A stretch of DNA of 63,905 nt, counting the filler, from Myxococcota bacterium (GTDB lineage: Bacteria; Myxococcota_C; UBA6777), in NCBI GenBank assembly GCA_023150835.1. It is 4 parts of 4 records of this genome, joined end to end, with 100 filler letters (N's around TTAATTAATTAA, not from the genome) between each part and the next. Parts side by side here need not be neighbours in the genome. Positions count along the whole stretch, not along the records: positions 1 to 17,984 come from JAKLKB010000137.1; positions 18,085 to 35,650 come from JAKLKB010000139.1; 2 more parts are not named here. One strand, given 5' to 3'. Positions 7,784-18,094 of this stretch are shown here, one piece after another. Position 1 is the first letter of the stretch, and each line of letters opens with the position of its first letter. A program made the translations under genes and the position numbers. The notes below the pieces were generated by a model. The model did no database searches, was not told the origin of the DNA, and worked only from the letters and a program-made list of their open reading frames with translations.

Positions 7784-10276
7784 TTACAAATCATGTCGAT
7801 TTGCGTTTGTGCAGTGGGTGGCGGAAAGCAGCCTTGCAGCAGCGATTACGGCTTGTCCAAGGGAGATGCCGCCGTCGTGGGTGGGGACGTGTTGGTGGAG
7901 AAGGACGGACAACCCTTGTTTGTGTAGGGTATTGCGGACGTGTTGGAGCAGGAGAGGATTTTGCCAGACGCCGCCCGAAAGCGCGACGGTATCGAATGGG
8001 TAGAGTGAGCGGATCTGAGCTGTAAGCGTTGTGATGGCGTGTGCTAGGGAAAGATGGAAGCGTGCGGCGATCTCGCTTTTGGGTCGGGCGTTTTGGATGT
8101 CAGCAAGCAAGGTGGGCCACATGGGACGGGGAGAAAGGATTCGTGTGGGGTCTGGTGCGTCGTGGAGGATGGCGAAGGGATAAAGCGTTGGGTTGCGCTC
8201 GGAAAGAAGGGGATCGGAGGAAGCGAGGGAAGCGAGGACGATAGCGGCTTGGGCTTCTTCTTCGATGGATGCGGGGAAGATGTCGAGGGCTGCGGCGACG
8301 GCATCGAACCAGCGGCCACAAGAGGAGGTGGGGGGCGCAAGATCGGGGCGTTGGAGCATCAAGCCGAGCAGCCCATGTGGGCGATGAGAAAGCAGACGCA
8401 GCGGATCGAGCGAGCCGAATTGGGCCAACCAAGCCTCCAGCGGTTGTTGTGTGAGCAGGTGCGCGTAAAGATTGCGCCAAGGTTGACGGGCGGCGAGATC
8501 ACCGCCGAGCAGCGGGAAAGATTCAAAAGCCGCGACACGTCGAAAAGATCCGTAGTCGGCGAGCAAGAATTCACCACCCCAAAGCTCTCCATCGGGGCCA
8601 TAACCAAGGCCATCGAGTGCGATCCCCAACAGCGGTGGTGCGTGGAGTGGGCGTTGGTGTTCGGCCATACAAGCGGCGATGTGGGCGTGGTGGTGTTGGA
8701 TGCGATGTATCGGGAGGTTGTGTTCTTCGGCGAGTGTGTGTCCGTGTTGTGTGGCGGTGTATTGAGGGTGGGCATCGACGGCGATCACGGCGGGGGAATG
8801 ATCGAAAAGCGTGGTGATCTCGTGTAAGCCTTCTTTCCATGCAGCAAAAGTCGCGTACTGATCGAGATCGCCGAGGTGTGGGGAAAGCAGGGCTTTTCCG
8901 CCTTGGAGCATACAGAAGGTGGCTTTGAACTGACCGCCGAGGGCAAGGATGGGCGGTGCGTTGGTGAATTCAGGCGGCAGAGAGAGCGGTTGGGGTGCGT
9001 AGCCGCGAGCGCGTCGGATCAGGCGAGGGGTTCCTTGATCGATCCATGCGACGGAGTCGTCGATCTGATGGGCGATGGGTCGGTCGTGAGAGAGGATCGC
9101 GTCGGCGATATCCGCCAAGCGTTCGAGGGCATCGTCATCATGGATACAGGGTGGATCGTGGCTGCGGTTGCCGCTGGTGCAGACAAGAGGACGATCGAAT
9201 GGAGCGATCAAAAGCTGATGTAGCGGTGTGGTGGGCAACATGATGCCGATGTCGCGCTGGTAAGGGGCGACGAGTGGTGAGAGCGTGGTGGAGGGCTTGG
9301 CAGGCAACAGGACGATCGGAGCGGCAGGATGGGTCAAAAGTGAATGTGCAGCATCTTCTACTTGCGCAAAGGCCGATGCGACGGAGAGATCACGCACCAT
9401 CAGAGCAAAAGGCTTGAACATCCGCTGTTTTCGTTGGCGGAGTCGCAACACGGCGGACTCTTGAGTGGCATCGCAACAAAGGTGATATCCGCCTAAGCCT
9501 TTAACAGCGAGGATTCCTCCCGAGGCAAGAAGTTGATGGGCTGCTTGCAAGACTTCGGCGTCGGTGGTGGGGGCTGCCTCGAACGTCTTATAAAAGGGCA
9601 TCTGTTTTTGCTGGGCATCGGTTTCGGTGGTGGGGGTGGTTTCGCAGAGCGGAAGGGAGGGCGTCTGTTTTCGCGGGACATCGGCGTCGGTGGGAGAGAG
9701 GGCACGGAAGCGAAGGTGTGGGCCGCATCGTGGGCAAGCGATGGGCTGAGCGTGAAAACGGCGGTCGTTGGGGTCTTCGTATTCAGTGCGGCAAGCCGGA
9801 CACAACGGAAAGGCCGTCATGGTGGTGCGTGGTCGATCATAAGGCATGGATTGGACAATGGAGTAGCGGGGGCCGCAATGCGTACAGCTTGCGAAAGCAT
9901 AACCAAAGCGGCGGTCGTTGGGGTCGGATATCTCTCGAAGGCAAGCTTGACAGATCGCTGCATCAGGCGGGATGGTGGTTTGCAAAGGCCCGCTTTGACT
10001 GGGGCGGATGGTGAAGGTGGCGGTCTCTTCGGGGGAAAGGGTGATCGGGGTGCGTTGGATGTGTTCGATCTTTGCGATGAGTGGTAATTTTTCGCGCAGC
10101 GCCTCAATAAAAGCGGTGGATTGGTCGGTGGATGCGGCAAGATGGATCGTGACACCTGCGGGGCCATTGAGTACCCATCCACCAAGGCCCATCTCTTGGG
10201 CAAGACGCGCAACGGTGGGGCGAAACCCGACGCCTTGCACAGTTCCTTGGATCTGAATCCGTTCTCCAGAAAACAT
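7784..10276 (-). CDS. hypF: Carbamoyltransferase HypF
   Basis: Acylphosphatase domain GTVQGVGFRP, zinc fingers CTHCGPRYS / CPRCGP, KGLGGYHL, QHHHAH, HDGGISLGQA. Confidence 0.98.
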   Translation of the reverse strand: MFSGERIQIQGTVQGVGFRPTVARLAQEMGLGGWVLNGPAGVTIHLAASTDQSTAFIEALREKLPLIAKIEHIQRTPITLSPEETATFTIRPSQSGPLQTTIPPDAAICQACLREISDPNDRRFGYAFASCTHCGPRYSIVQSMPYDRPRTTMTAFPLCPACRTEYEDPNDRRFHAQPIACPRCGPHLRFRALSPTDADVPRKQTPSLPLCETTPTTETDAQQKQMPFYKTFEAAPTTDAEVLQAAHQLLASGGILAVKGLGGYHLCCDATQESAVLRLRQRKQRMFKPFALMVRDLSVASAFAQVEDAAHSLLTHPAAPIVLLPAKPSTTLSPLVAPYQRDIGIMLPTTPLHQLLIAPFDRPLVCTSGNRSHDPPCIHDDDALERLADIADAILSHDRPIAHQIDDSVAWIDQGTPRLIRRARGYAPQPLSLPPEFTNAPPILALGGQFKATFCMLQGGKALLSPHLGDLDQYATFAAWKEGLHEITTLFDHSPAVIAVDAHPQYTATQHGHTLAEEHNLPIHRIQHHHAHIAACMAEHQRPLHAPPLLGIALDGLGYGPDGELWGGEFLLADYGSFRRVAAFESFPLLGGDLAARQPWRNLYAHLLTQQPLEAWLAQFGSLDPLRLLSHRPHGLLGLMLQRPDLAPPTSSCGRWFDAVAAALDIFPASIEEEAQAAIVLASLASSDPLLSERNPTLYPFAILHDAPDPTRILSPRPMWPTLLADIQNARPKSEIAARFHLSLAHAITTLTAQIRSLYPFDTVALSGGVWQNPLLLQHVRNTLHKQGLSVLLHQHVPTHDGGISLGQAVIAAARLLSATHCTNANRHDL

Positions 10277-10380
10277 CTTTTGCGCTCCTTTGGGCGGTCA
10301 GCAGGCTTTTCGTAGCACAAAAGAAGCGCATGGAGAAGAGGTTTTTGGGCAAGGAAAGCCTCAAGTAAGGACAAGAATGA

Positions 10381-10500
10381 TACGAGATCCGCCCATAGTG
10401 TGCGCGGAATATGTAGGGGCAGCCCCCTGTGGCTGCCCAAAAAGAGGGCGTCCACAGCGGAGCGCATGACCCTTCGAGCACACTTCTGTCGTGTACCGTA
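10381..10500. mobile_element. Family D REP-containing miniature element
   Basis: TACGAGATCCG end and internal GTAGGGGCAGCCCCCTGTGGCTGCCC; abuts the stop codon at 10501. Confidence 0.75.
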
Positions 10501-10743
10501 TTAGTCCTGCGCTTGGGGTGGGACGGAGAGTTTTTTGCGCAGGAGAAGGAGTCCCCAACCAAAGAAGAAGATGGGAAAGGCCGCGTGCATCAGCAGATCC
10601 AAGACATCCATCGGTTGAAAGGTGGTCCAAAATCGATAGTTGGAGTGTGTGAGATAGGCCCACAACATCCCCAGTTTTTGCCAAAGATGTGGGTGAAATA
10701 AAGAGAGGATGCCGAGTAGGAAAGGAAAGAGGATCTTGAGCAT
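10501..10743 (-). CDS. Small two-helix membrane protein
   Basis: Two hydrophobic segments; PHLWQKLGML..DVLDLLMH resembles, from recall, a conserved small membrane protein family. Confidence 0.65.
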   Translation of the reverse strand: MLKILFPFLLGILSLFHPHLWQKLGMLWAYLTHSNYRFWTTFQPMDVLDLLMHAAFPIFFFGWGLLLLRKKLSVPPQAQD

Positions 10744-11158
10744 GGTTCGCGCAGAGGCCCCCACCCATCTTTCGATCGGGCGGAGGGAGCGAGCGCGCTC
10801 CTTTCTACGTCGAAGGGGATGAGCCTTGTTTGGGCGGATCATCCGAGGATTTGGGATTGTTTTTATTGTTCTCCGCCGGAGAACAGGCACCGCGCATTCA
10901 GGTGGAAACGCCCATCTTGGGCAAGATCCACAACTGCAACGCAAAGTAGATCGCAAGGAAGACAAAGAGGCCCCATGAATCCATCGGTTTGCAACTCCTT
11001 GGGTGCGCTTTGTGAGAAGGCTTCTTCTACGCGCCCGATGCAGCGGAAAAAAGCCTCGACTGGGTTGCACCCATCGGCTGTAGAGCCAACGAATGCAAAG
11101 AAAGGTGCAATGTGCTGCTTTGTCTTCTTGCATAGGATTGATCGGGTGGTGCTGGTGT

Positions 11159-11367
11159 TGTGGAGCGTCACCCCACACCCCACCCTAGACTGTCGCCCCT
11201 TGACCCCGTGTTGGCGAGGAGATCATCCTATGGATAGTTTGTGTGGGGTTGGAACCCCACGCCCCGCAAGGGGTCTTGGCCCCCTTGACCCCGTATCGGC
11301 GAGAAGATCGCAGGTTTTTCAAACTCACAGCGGCGTCGCTTGAAGTGCTGCGAACACGGGATTTTTG
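11159..11367 (-). mobile_element. Family B element: one partial and one full core copy, inverted
   Basis: CCCCTTGACCCCGT twice, then TCGCTTGAAG..CGAACACGGG. Confidence 0.8.
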
Positions 11368-13729
11368 TCTACCGCATTCGTCCGATCTGAAGGCCCTTTT
11401 GTCGCAAGGAGCGTCTTTCGTGTATGAACAAAAACAACAGTCTCTGCTGCATCCGCGTTTTGCACCCATCGGGCGAGAGGACGCACACCCTGAACTTTCA
11501 GAGAAAAAGGCTGAATCGAAAGACACGGACAAGCCTGCATCCGTAGCCACCGAGGCCAACGAGAGAAGCCAAGCAAAGGAAACAGCCGAAACATCTCAAA
11601 CAGCCGAAACAGCCGAAGTGCAGGATCTTTCCGGGATGGGTCTTTCGCAAGAGGACACGTTGATGTTTGCAAATCGGTTGGTTCGATCGCTGATGCGGCC
11701 CAAAAAAACACAACCACCGCCCGAAAAGACCGACACTACCGCGATGATCTTGGCACCCAAAAAGCCCGATGCAGCGGCGATGATCTTGGCACCCAAAAAG
11801 CCCGATGCAGCGGCGATGATCTTGGCATCCGAAACGCCCGATGCCACAGGCACAATCACCTCATATCAAACGCCCGATGCCACAGGTACAATCACTTCAT
11901 ATCAAACGCCCGATGCCACAGGTACAATCACTTCATATCAAAAGCCTGATGCAGCGGGAATCATCGCCGCGCCTGAAAAGCCCGATGCAACGGGCGTGAT
12001 CGTCTCGCCTGAAAAGGCTGATGTCACGGGTGTTGCGGTACGATCCGAATCCATCCACGAGCGAGGGGGCTTGATTGGAGAAGAGCCTGAAGGCGCAACG
12101 GTCGAGATGTCGAGCTTTTTGGCCTCGATCAAGGACGGCGAGTCGATCTCTTCGGGGGATCTTCCGATCATGTCGATGTATGCGACGCTTCCCGAAGAAC
12201 AGCGCAGAAAGCGACTGTCTTCGGGCGAACTTCCTGTGGTGTCGAGGTACGCAGCACGTTCGGAAAAACAAGCAAACCACGCCCACGAAAAGCCCACCAA
12301 CCATCCAACTGAGGCCGATGATGCGGCCTCTTCTGCTTCGTCGTCTGCGGCTTTTTCTGTTTCGTCGGCTGCGGCCTCTTCTGTTTCGTCGTACGCACCT
12401 GTTCACGAAGCGGAGCCTACGTTGATCGCGCAAGAGAAAGCGAATGTGGGGATCGAGGTGGATGTGCTTGCTGCGGATACTCCTGAGCTTGCGGTGTGGG
12501 ACGATGATGCGCCAGAGACGGTGCTTTTGAAGACTTTTCCCCCCGCGACTGCGACGCAGTCCGAGATGGAAGTGGTGGTTGTACCTACATCTGCGCCTGC
12601 ATCTGCGCCTGTACCGATGAGCGTACCTACGATGGCGTCTGCGCCTGCACCGATGAGCGCGCCGATAGCGGCATCTGCGCCTACACCGATGAGCGTACCT
12701 ACGATGGCATCTGCGCCTACACCGATGAGCGTACCTACGATGGCGTCTGCGCCTGCACCGATGAGCGCGCCGATAGCGGCATCTGCGGCTGTACCTGCGA
12801 AAAAGAAACGAGCGATCGTTTTGGCAGAGCGGTATGCGTTGTTGGAGAAGATCGGGGAAGGGGCAACGGGTGAAGTGTTTCGTGTGCATGATATGGAAGT
12901 GGGGGATATCATCGCGTTGAAGCTGTTGTCGATCGCGCACAGCCGCAAGCGGGATAGTTTGGAGCGTTTTCGTCGGGAAGTGCGGCTGGCTCGGCGTATT
13001 ACGCATCGCCACATTGCGCGGATCTTTGATATGGGCAAGTTAGGGGAGCGCTATTATTTGACGATGGAGTTGATCCAAGGCCGTTCTTTGGACAGGTTGA
13101 TCGCTTCGGAGGCGTTGTCTTTTGGGCGGGTTTGTGCGTTATTGCGACCGATCTGTGAGGGTTTGCAAGCGGCGCACGAAGCGGGGGTGATCCATCGGGA
13201 TCTCAAGCCGGAAAATATCTTGATCGAACAAAAGGGCCGTGTGGTGATCACGGACTTTGGGATTGCGCGGCAAACGGCGGGGGAAGAGGTCTTTAAGACG
13301 TTGGATGGGAGTGTGATGGGAACGCCCGCGTATATGGCTCCAGAGCAGATCAAAGCAGGAAGTGTGGTGGATCAGCGAGCGGATATCTTTGCGTTGGGGG
13401 CGATCTTGTATGAGATGTTGACGGGAAAGCCTGTTGCAAAGGGGGGGAACTTGATGGAAGTGTTGATGTCGAGGATCCAGTCGCCGCCGCCTGACCCGCG
13501 TGATATCCGCCCCGATATCCCCGCGAACTTGGCGGATTTAGCGCGGGATTGCATGGCACTTGACCCCAACGAGCGCCCGCAGGATATGAGCGTGATGTTG
13601 GTTCGTTTGGCGCAGATCCGAGGGGCGCTTGAGCAAGAAGACACGCCTCGGCCAACAGCCCGATTGAAGGGCTTTGCAGAAGGGATGTTGTCGCTGCTTG
13701 GTTCCAAAAAGGGCAACGTCACGCCCTAA
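11243..13729 (+). CDS. Hanks-type Ser/Thr kinase with a long low-complexity N-terminus (start uncertain)
   Basis: GEGATGEV, HRDLKPEN, DFG, GTPAYMAPEQ in the C-terminal third; coding repeats at about 11740-12030 (33 bp) and 12590-12795 (36 bp). Confidence 0.9.
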   Translation: MGLEPHAPQGVLAPLTPYRREDRRFFKLTAASLEVLRTRDFCLPHSSDLKALLSQGASFVYEQKQQSLLHPRFAPIGREDAHPELSEKKAESKDTDKPASVATEANERSQAKETAETSQTAETAEVQDLSGMGLSQEDTLMFANRLVRSLMRPKKTQPPPEKTDTTAMILAPKKPDAAAMILAPKKPDAAAMILASETPDATGTITSYQTPDATGTITSYQTPDATGTITSYQKPDAAGIIAAPEKPDATGVIVSPEKADVTGVAVRSESIHERGGLIGEEPEGATVEMSSFLASIKDGESISSGDLPIMSMYATLPEEQRRKRLSSGELPVVSRYAARSEKQANHAHEKPTNHPTEADDAASSASSSAAFSVSSAAASSVSSYAPVHEAEPTLIAQEKANVGIEVDVLAADTPELAVWDDDAPETVLLKTFPPATATQSEMEVVVVPTSAPASAPVPMSVPTMASAPAPMSAPIAASAPTPMSVPTMASAPTPMSVPTMASAPAPMSAPIAASAAVPAKKKRAIVLAERYALLEKIGEGATGEVFRVHDMEVGDIIALKLLSIAHSRKRDSLERFRREVRLARRITHRHIARIFDMGKLGERYYLTMELIQGRSLDRLIASEALSFGRVCALLRPICEGLQAAHEAGVIHRDLKPENILIEQKGRVVITDFGIARQTAGEEVFKTLDGSVMGTPAYMAPEQIKAGSVVDQRADIFALGAILYEMLTGKPVAKGGNLMEVLMSRIQSPPPDPRDIRPDIPANLADLARDCMALDPNERPQDMSVMLVRLAQIRGALEQEDTPRPTARLKGFAEGMLSLLGSKKGNVTP

Positions 13730-13895
13730 CCGCTCAAGACATCACGCCCTAACCGCTCAAGACAATTGATGTTGCGGATGAGATGGGCTGCTGCTTCGAT
13801 AGCACCAAAGCTCTTGTGGAGCGTATGTAGCGCGAAGCGTGGGTTGTGGCGAAAGCTCTTCTTTAGAGCAGTGCGATGGATGGAGGAGCGAGGCA

Positions 13896-16800
13896 TTGAA
13901 CGAGCAGGACGTAACGAACAAGACTTCATTGACCCAAGAGACTTTGTTGTTTCGAGGGGATGCGCCTGTCGAACAAGGAGAGAAGTTCTCGGGAACGCCA
14001 GCGTCTCCGACGGGGGAACTGGTGCGCGTGGGCCAGCTTACGTTGGAGGCGGGGCAAGCGTTGTTCGATGATTGGCCGCGTTATACCTTTCACGGCGTGC
14101 TTGGAAAAGGCGGATCCGGGCTTGTTTTCCGTGTGTTTGACGAGATGCTGCGGCGGGTGGTGGCGTTAAAATTTCTTCAGCGTTGCGATCCGCGTCGGTT
14201 GGAGCGTTTGTTGTGGGAAGCCCAAGCGCAAGCGCGAGCGGATCATCCGAACATCTGCAAGGTGTACGAAGTCGGGACGTTTCAGGGCTATCCGTATATC
14301 TCGATGCAGTACATCAAAGGGGAAAGTTTAGAGAAAGCCAGCGTGAAGATGTCGTTGCTGCAAAAGGTCGCGGTATTTCGTGCTTTGGCGGATGCGCTTC
14401 ATGCGGCCCATCGGCAAGGCTTGTTGCATCGGGATATCAAGCCTTCGAACATCTTGGTTCGGGAAGAGGAAGGGGGCCGTTGGCAGCCGTATATCTTGGA
14501 CTTTGGGATCGCGCATGAGTTCAGTCGGGAGGGGGCCAAGGAAGGGGCTTCTTGGGTGGGGACACCATTGTATATGTCTCCCGAGCAGATCGCGGGGGAT
14601 GCCGCACATCTGGACCGTCCGACCGATGTGTACGGGCTGGGCGTAGCGTTTTATGAGTGCTTGGTGGGGCAGCCGCCTTTTCGTGGAGAAGGCAGAGCGT
14701 TGTTTGAAAAGATCTTACAAGAAAAGCCCCCATCCTTGGCGCGTTTGGGGATTCCACGCGATCTGGCGGCGATTGTTCACAAGTGCCTCGCCAAACATCC
14801 AAGCAATCGCTATGCGTCGATGGCGGATCTGTCGGCGGATCTGGCGTGCTTTGCGGAAGGATCGCCTGTGACGGCGCGGACGGGCCTGTTTTATCGTTGG
14901 GGGAGACAGGTCTATCGCCATCGCTGGATGGTGTCTGTGGCGGTGCTGGTGGTGTTTGCGTTAAGCGTTGGATTGTTTCAGGCTTGGCAGCGTCGCGTAG
15001 AGCGTTTTCGGGCTGTGCAAGAGCGGCAGCGTCAACAACAAGCTGCGCATCTGCGGGCGCAACAGGTGCGTTATTGGACGCTTTCTTTTCAAGAGCGCAC
15101 CCAAAAGATCGCTTCGTTGATGCGGTTGTCTGCGATGTTGCCGCTGCATGATACGACCCCTGAGCGAAACAAGGCGTTGCGACTGCTCGAAGCTCTGGAG
15201 CGGGATACAAAAAAAACAGATGATATCTTGCGTGGTTATGCGCATCATCGGGTGGGCATGGCGTATCTTCGTTTGGGTCAGCGCAAAGAAGCGCGCAAGC
15301 ATCTGCGGCTTGCGTGGTCGATGGGCGAAAAGAGCGCGGGGCCGATGTTGGCTTTGTTGGGTTGGGAGAGCCAGTGGATCAAAACCACGCAGATCGGAAA
15401 AAGGTTGAAGGGCTCGAAACTACCGCGCTATCTGCGTTATCTGAACCCTCTACAACGAGGAAAGGAAGCGGAGAAAGGCGGGTATGATCCAGCAGAGATC
15501 GCCGTGTTGGAGTCGATGCGGCTGCTTGGCAAAGATCAATGGCCTCGCGCATTGGAGGTTTTACAAAAGGGTTTTGTCGAATATCCGTGGATGTACGAGT
15601 TATTGCGGCTGCAAGCGCACATCCATTGGAGCCGTGTGGTCTGGCAACTGCGGCGTGTGAGAGCCACACAGAAACAACGCGGTGAAAAAGCGCTCCTGCA
15701 AGCGGAGCAACATTACCGTTTGGCGGTCGGACTTTTAGAGCGTGCGTTGCAGATCGCCCCAAGTGAAGCGGGGTTGTATGAGTCGCTGTGCTTTGCGTAC
15801 GCGGTGTACACGAGAATTACCGAAGGGAGCGCACAAGCCGATCAAAGCGTGATCGGGAAAGGGATCGCGTCTTGTGAACACGCGCTGGTGGCGAGACCCG
15901 ACACACGGCTTGCTCACTTGTTGCTGTCTTTGCTGTACAGCGCCCAAGGGCGGCAGGCGTTTGAACAGCAGAAACCCAACATACAGTGGCTCAATCGCGC
16001 CCTTGCCTCCAGTCGTAAGGCGTTGTCTCTGTACCCAAATGACGGGGCATTGTTGTTGGAGAGCGCACGCATCCGCACGGCTTTTGCGGAAGAGGCGATG
16101 TGGCGTGGTGGACCACCACGCGGTCATTGTCGAGCTTCTGTATCGTTCTATGAGCGGGCCTTTCGGCTCGATCCCATCGTCAGTATCGAGCCTTATCTGC
16201 ATGGGATGTGGTTGTGCGCGTTTCACCAAGTCCGACACCACCGCGATCCGCGATTCTATCTTGATCGAGGCAAACAATTGATCGCCGAGTTGCGCCGAAT
16301 CCAAGCCACAAACAGCGGCACGCGGCTTTTGCTTCCCGAGGGATATCTCACGCTATTCGAGGGGCTAAGTCTCTACACACAGGGCTTGTTTGAGGCACAA
16401 CAGCAACGTTCTCCGCTTCCGTGGTTTTCTCGTGCATTCGAAAAACTCTCGAAGGTATCGAGCAAAAGTGTGGATGGCTTTGAGCAGCTTGTGATGGGAT
16501 TCGTTGTGATGGGCTTGTTGGAGTGGTCGAAACAAGCATCACCCGCACAAGCGACGCGCTGGTTGACGCTTCTTGGAAAGCAGATGGTTGGGTTGCGCTC
16601 TCGTTCGGCTTCTGCGCCTTGGGCGTATTATCTGGAAGGCCGCTCTGCGCTGTTGGTGGCGCGACGCATCGAACACGATCCACAAAGGCGCCTCAAAAAG
16701 CTCCAAGAAGCGGAGTCTCTTTTGTCCGCAAGCATCCGAAGAAAAACGGACTTTTTTGACGCACACGCGGCTTTGCTCGAAGTCTCTCTGACCACAGCCC

Positions 16801-17714
16801 AGACCCCCATCCCTGCGCAAAAAGAGCCGGTGATCTTGGACGAGCACGTCGGGGCCGAAGATATCCCGCTCTCCGACGGAACTCAGAGAGAAAAAACAGG
16901 CACGCCCCCAAACGACAAGGATCAAACACAGCCCACCCCAACCGCTTCACCTCGGCGAGGCGACGAACCAACTGCTTCACCCCGACGAGATGGCGAACCC
17001 CCCGCCCCACCCGTCGCTCCAGAAGCCACAAACAAAAACAGAATACGAGGCCAAACCAGCAGCACCAAGCAAAAACCGAAGGATCGAACGGTCAAGTTAA
17101 AAGGTCTGCAAAGCCTTCGGACAGGCAGCGCATGGGGATATGGTCAACGACAACCACCACATCTCGAAATGTTGCGTGCTTTGTTTGAAAAAATCGCAAA
17201 AGCAGGTCGCAAGAAAGAAACACAAGAACAGGCTTTGTTTCTTGGGCGGCAGGTCCACCCAACGCAGATCCTTCGGTTGATCCAACGCGCAGAAAAGATC
17301 CGCTCTTTTCCTCACAGCCCACAGCGCACAAGATTGCTTGCGGAAGTTGAACAAACCTTGCGGCGCACGTACGCTTTACAACAAATCGCACGTAGCGCCG
17401 CTTCACCACCTACGGTACAGAGGGGCGCTGCACCCGGTACCGCACGAAAAGCCGCTGTACCGCCCATCGTACAGAGGCTCGCTGCGCCTCGCAATCTACA
17501 AAAAGCCGTTGTTTTACCCACCATAAGGCCAAGATCCCAAACAACGACACCACCCCAAAGGCCGACCTCTCTGCCCGTCGGAGTGATTCGCCCCACCTCT
17601 CGGCCTATTGCTCGTCCGATCTATCAACTCGTCAGGGAGATCCGTCCGACCTCTCGGCCTGTTCGTGCTGATCGTCCGACTTCTCGATCCTTACGGCACA
17701 AGCCCACTCCATAG
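13896..17714 (+). CDS. Ser/Thr kinase with a TM helix, TPR-like helical region and Pro-rich tail
   Basis: GKGGSGLV, HRDIKPSN, DFG, GTPLYMSPEQ; TTG start after GGAGGAG inferred. Confidence 0.9.
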   Translation: MNEQDVTNKTSLTQETLLFRGDAPVEQGEKFSGTPASPTGELVRVGQLTLEAGQALFDDWPRYTFHGVLGKGGSGLVFRVFDEMLRRVVALKFLQRCDPRRLERLLWEAQAQARADHPNICKVYEVGTFQGYPYISMQYIKGESLEKASVKMSLLQKVAVFRALADALHAAHRQGLLHRDIKPSNILVREEEGGRWQPYILDFGIAHEFSREGAKEGASWVGTPLYMSPEQIAGDAAHLDRPTDVYGLGVAFYECLVGQPPFRGEGRALFEKILQEKPPSLARLGIPRDLAAIVHKCLAKHPSNRYASMADLSADLACFAEGSPVTARTGLFYRWGRQVYRHRWMVSVAVLVVFALSVGLFQAWQRRVERFRAVQERQRQQQAAHLRAQQVRYWTLSFQERTQKIASLMRLSAMLPLHDTTPERNKALRLLEALERDTKKTDDILRGYAHHRVGMAYLRLGQRKEARKHLRLAWSMGEKSAGPMLALLGWESQWIKTTQIGKRLKGSKLPRYLRYLNPLQRGKEAEKGGYDPAEIAVLESMRLLGKDQWPRALEVLQKGFVEYPWMYELLRLQAHIHWSRVVWQLRRVRATQKQRGEKALLQAEQHYRLAVGLLERALQIAPSEAGLYESLCFAYAVYTRITEGSAQADQSVIGKGIASCEHALVARPDTRLAHLLLSLLYSAQGRQAFEQQKPNIQWLNRALASSRKALSLYPNDGALLLESARIRTAFAEEAMWRGGPPRGHCRASVSFYERAFRLDPIVSIEPYLHGMWLCAFHQVRHHRDPRFYLDRGKQLIAELRRIQATNSGTRLLLPEGYLTLFEGLSLYTQGLFEAQQQRSPLPWFSRAFEKLSKVSSKSVDGFEQLVMGFVVMGLLEWSKQASPAQATRWLTLLGKQMVGLRSRSASAPWAYYLEGRSALLVARRIEHDPQRRLKKLQEAESLLSASIRRKTDFFDAHAALLEVSLTTAQTPIPAQKEPVILDEHVGAEDIPLSDGTQREKTGTPPNDKDQTQPTPTASPRRGDEPTASPRRDGEPPAPPVAPEATNKNRIRGQTSSTKQKPKDRTVKLKGLQSLRTGSAWGYGQRQPPHLEMLRALFEKIAKAGRKKETQEQALFLGRQVHPTQILRLIQRAEKIRSFPHSPQRTRLLAEVEQTLRRTYALQQIARSAASPPTVQRGAAPGTARKAAVPPIVQRLAAPRNLQKAVVLPTIRPRSQTTTPPQRPTSLPVGVIRPTSRPIARPIYQLVREIRPTSRPVRADRPTSRSLRHKPTP

Positions 17715-17726
17715 GCGTCGCTTGTG

Positions 17727-17984
17727 AGCAAAAACCCCGTGTTTGCAGCCGTTCAAGCGGCACCGCCGTTGGGTTGAAACACGAATGCTCGTCCCGCCGA
17801 TACGGGGTCAAGGGGGCTTTGCTCCCTTGCGGGGTGTGGGGCTGCGCCCCATACGCGCCTTGTTAAGGTGGAAACACCGGAGGGTCGAGGATGATCGCCG
17901 TTTTGGGTGTTGGCCCCCCCTCAATCCCCCCGTGAACGGGGGGAAGTTGGAACGGGTAGCGTCTGCGTCTCGTGCATACAGCGT
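17727..17984. mobile_element. Family B core followed by family C at its terminal hairpin (cut by contig end)
   Basis: ..CGGGGTCAAGGGG..TGGGGCTGCGCCCCA followed by TACGCGCCTTGTTAAG, the inverted right end of the family C copy at 18224-18463. Confidence 0.8.
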
Positions 17985-18084
17985 NNNNNNNNNNNNNNNN
18001 NNNNNNNNNNNNNNNNNNNNNNNNNNNNTTAATTAATTAANNNNNNNNNNNNNNNNNNNNNNNNNNNNNNNNNNNNNNNNNNNN
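17985..18084. other. Artificial contig linker
   Basis: N run, TTAATTAATTAA (stops in all frames), N run; 100 nt. Confidence 0.99.
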
Positions 18085-18094
18085 AAAACAACAC

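Noticed and set aside
10819-11183. Possible gene between the small membrane protein and the kinase
   Set aside because: No frame has a recognisable motif or convincing start, and the candidates run into a family B element.
13717-13763. 24-bp tandem duplication at the kinase stop codon
   Set aside because: It has two copies only and is consistent with a local slippage duplication.
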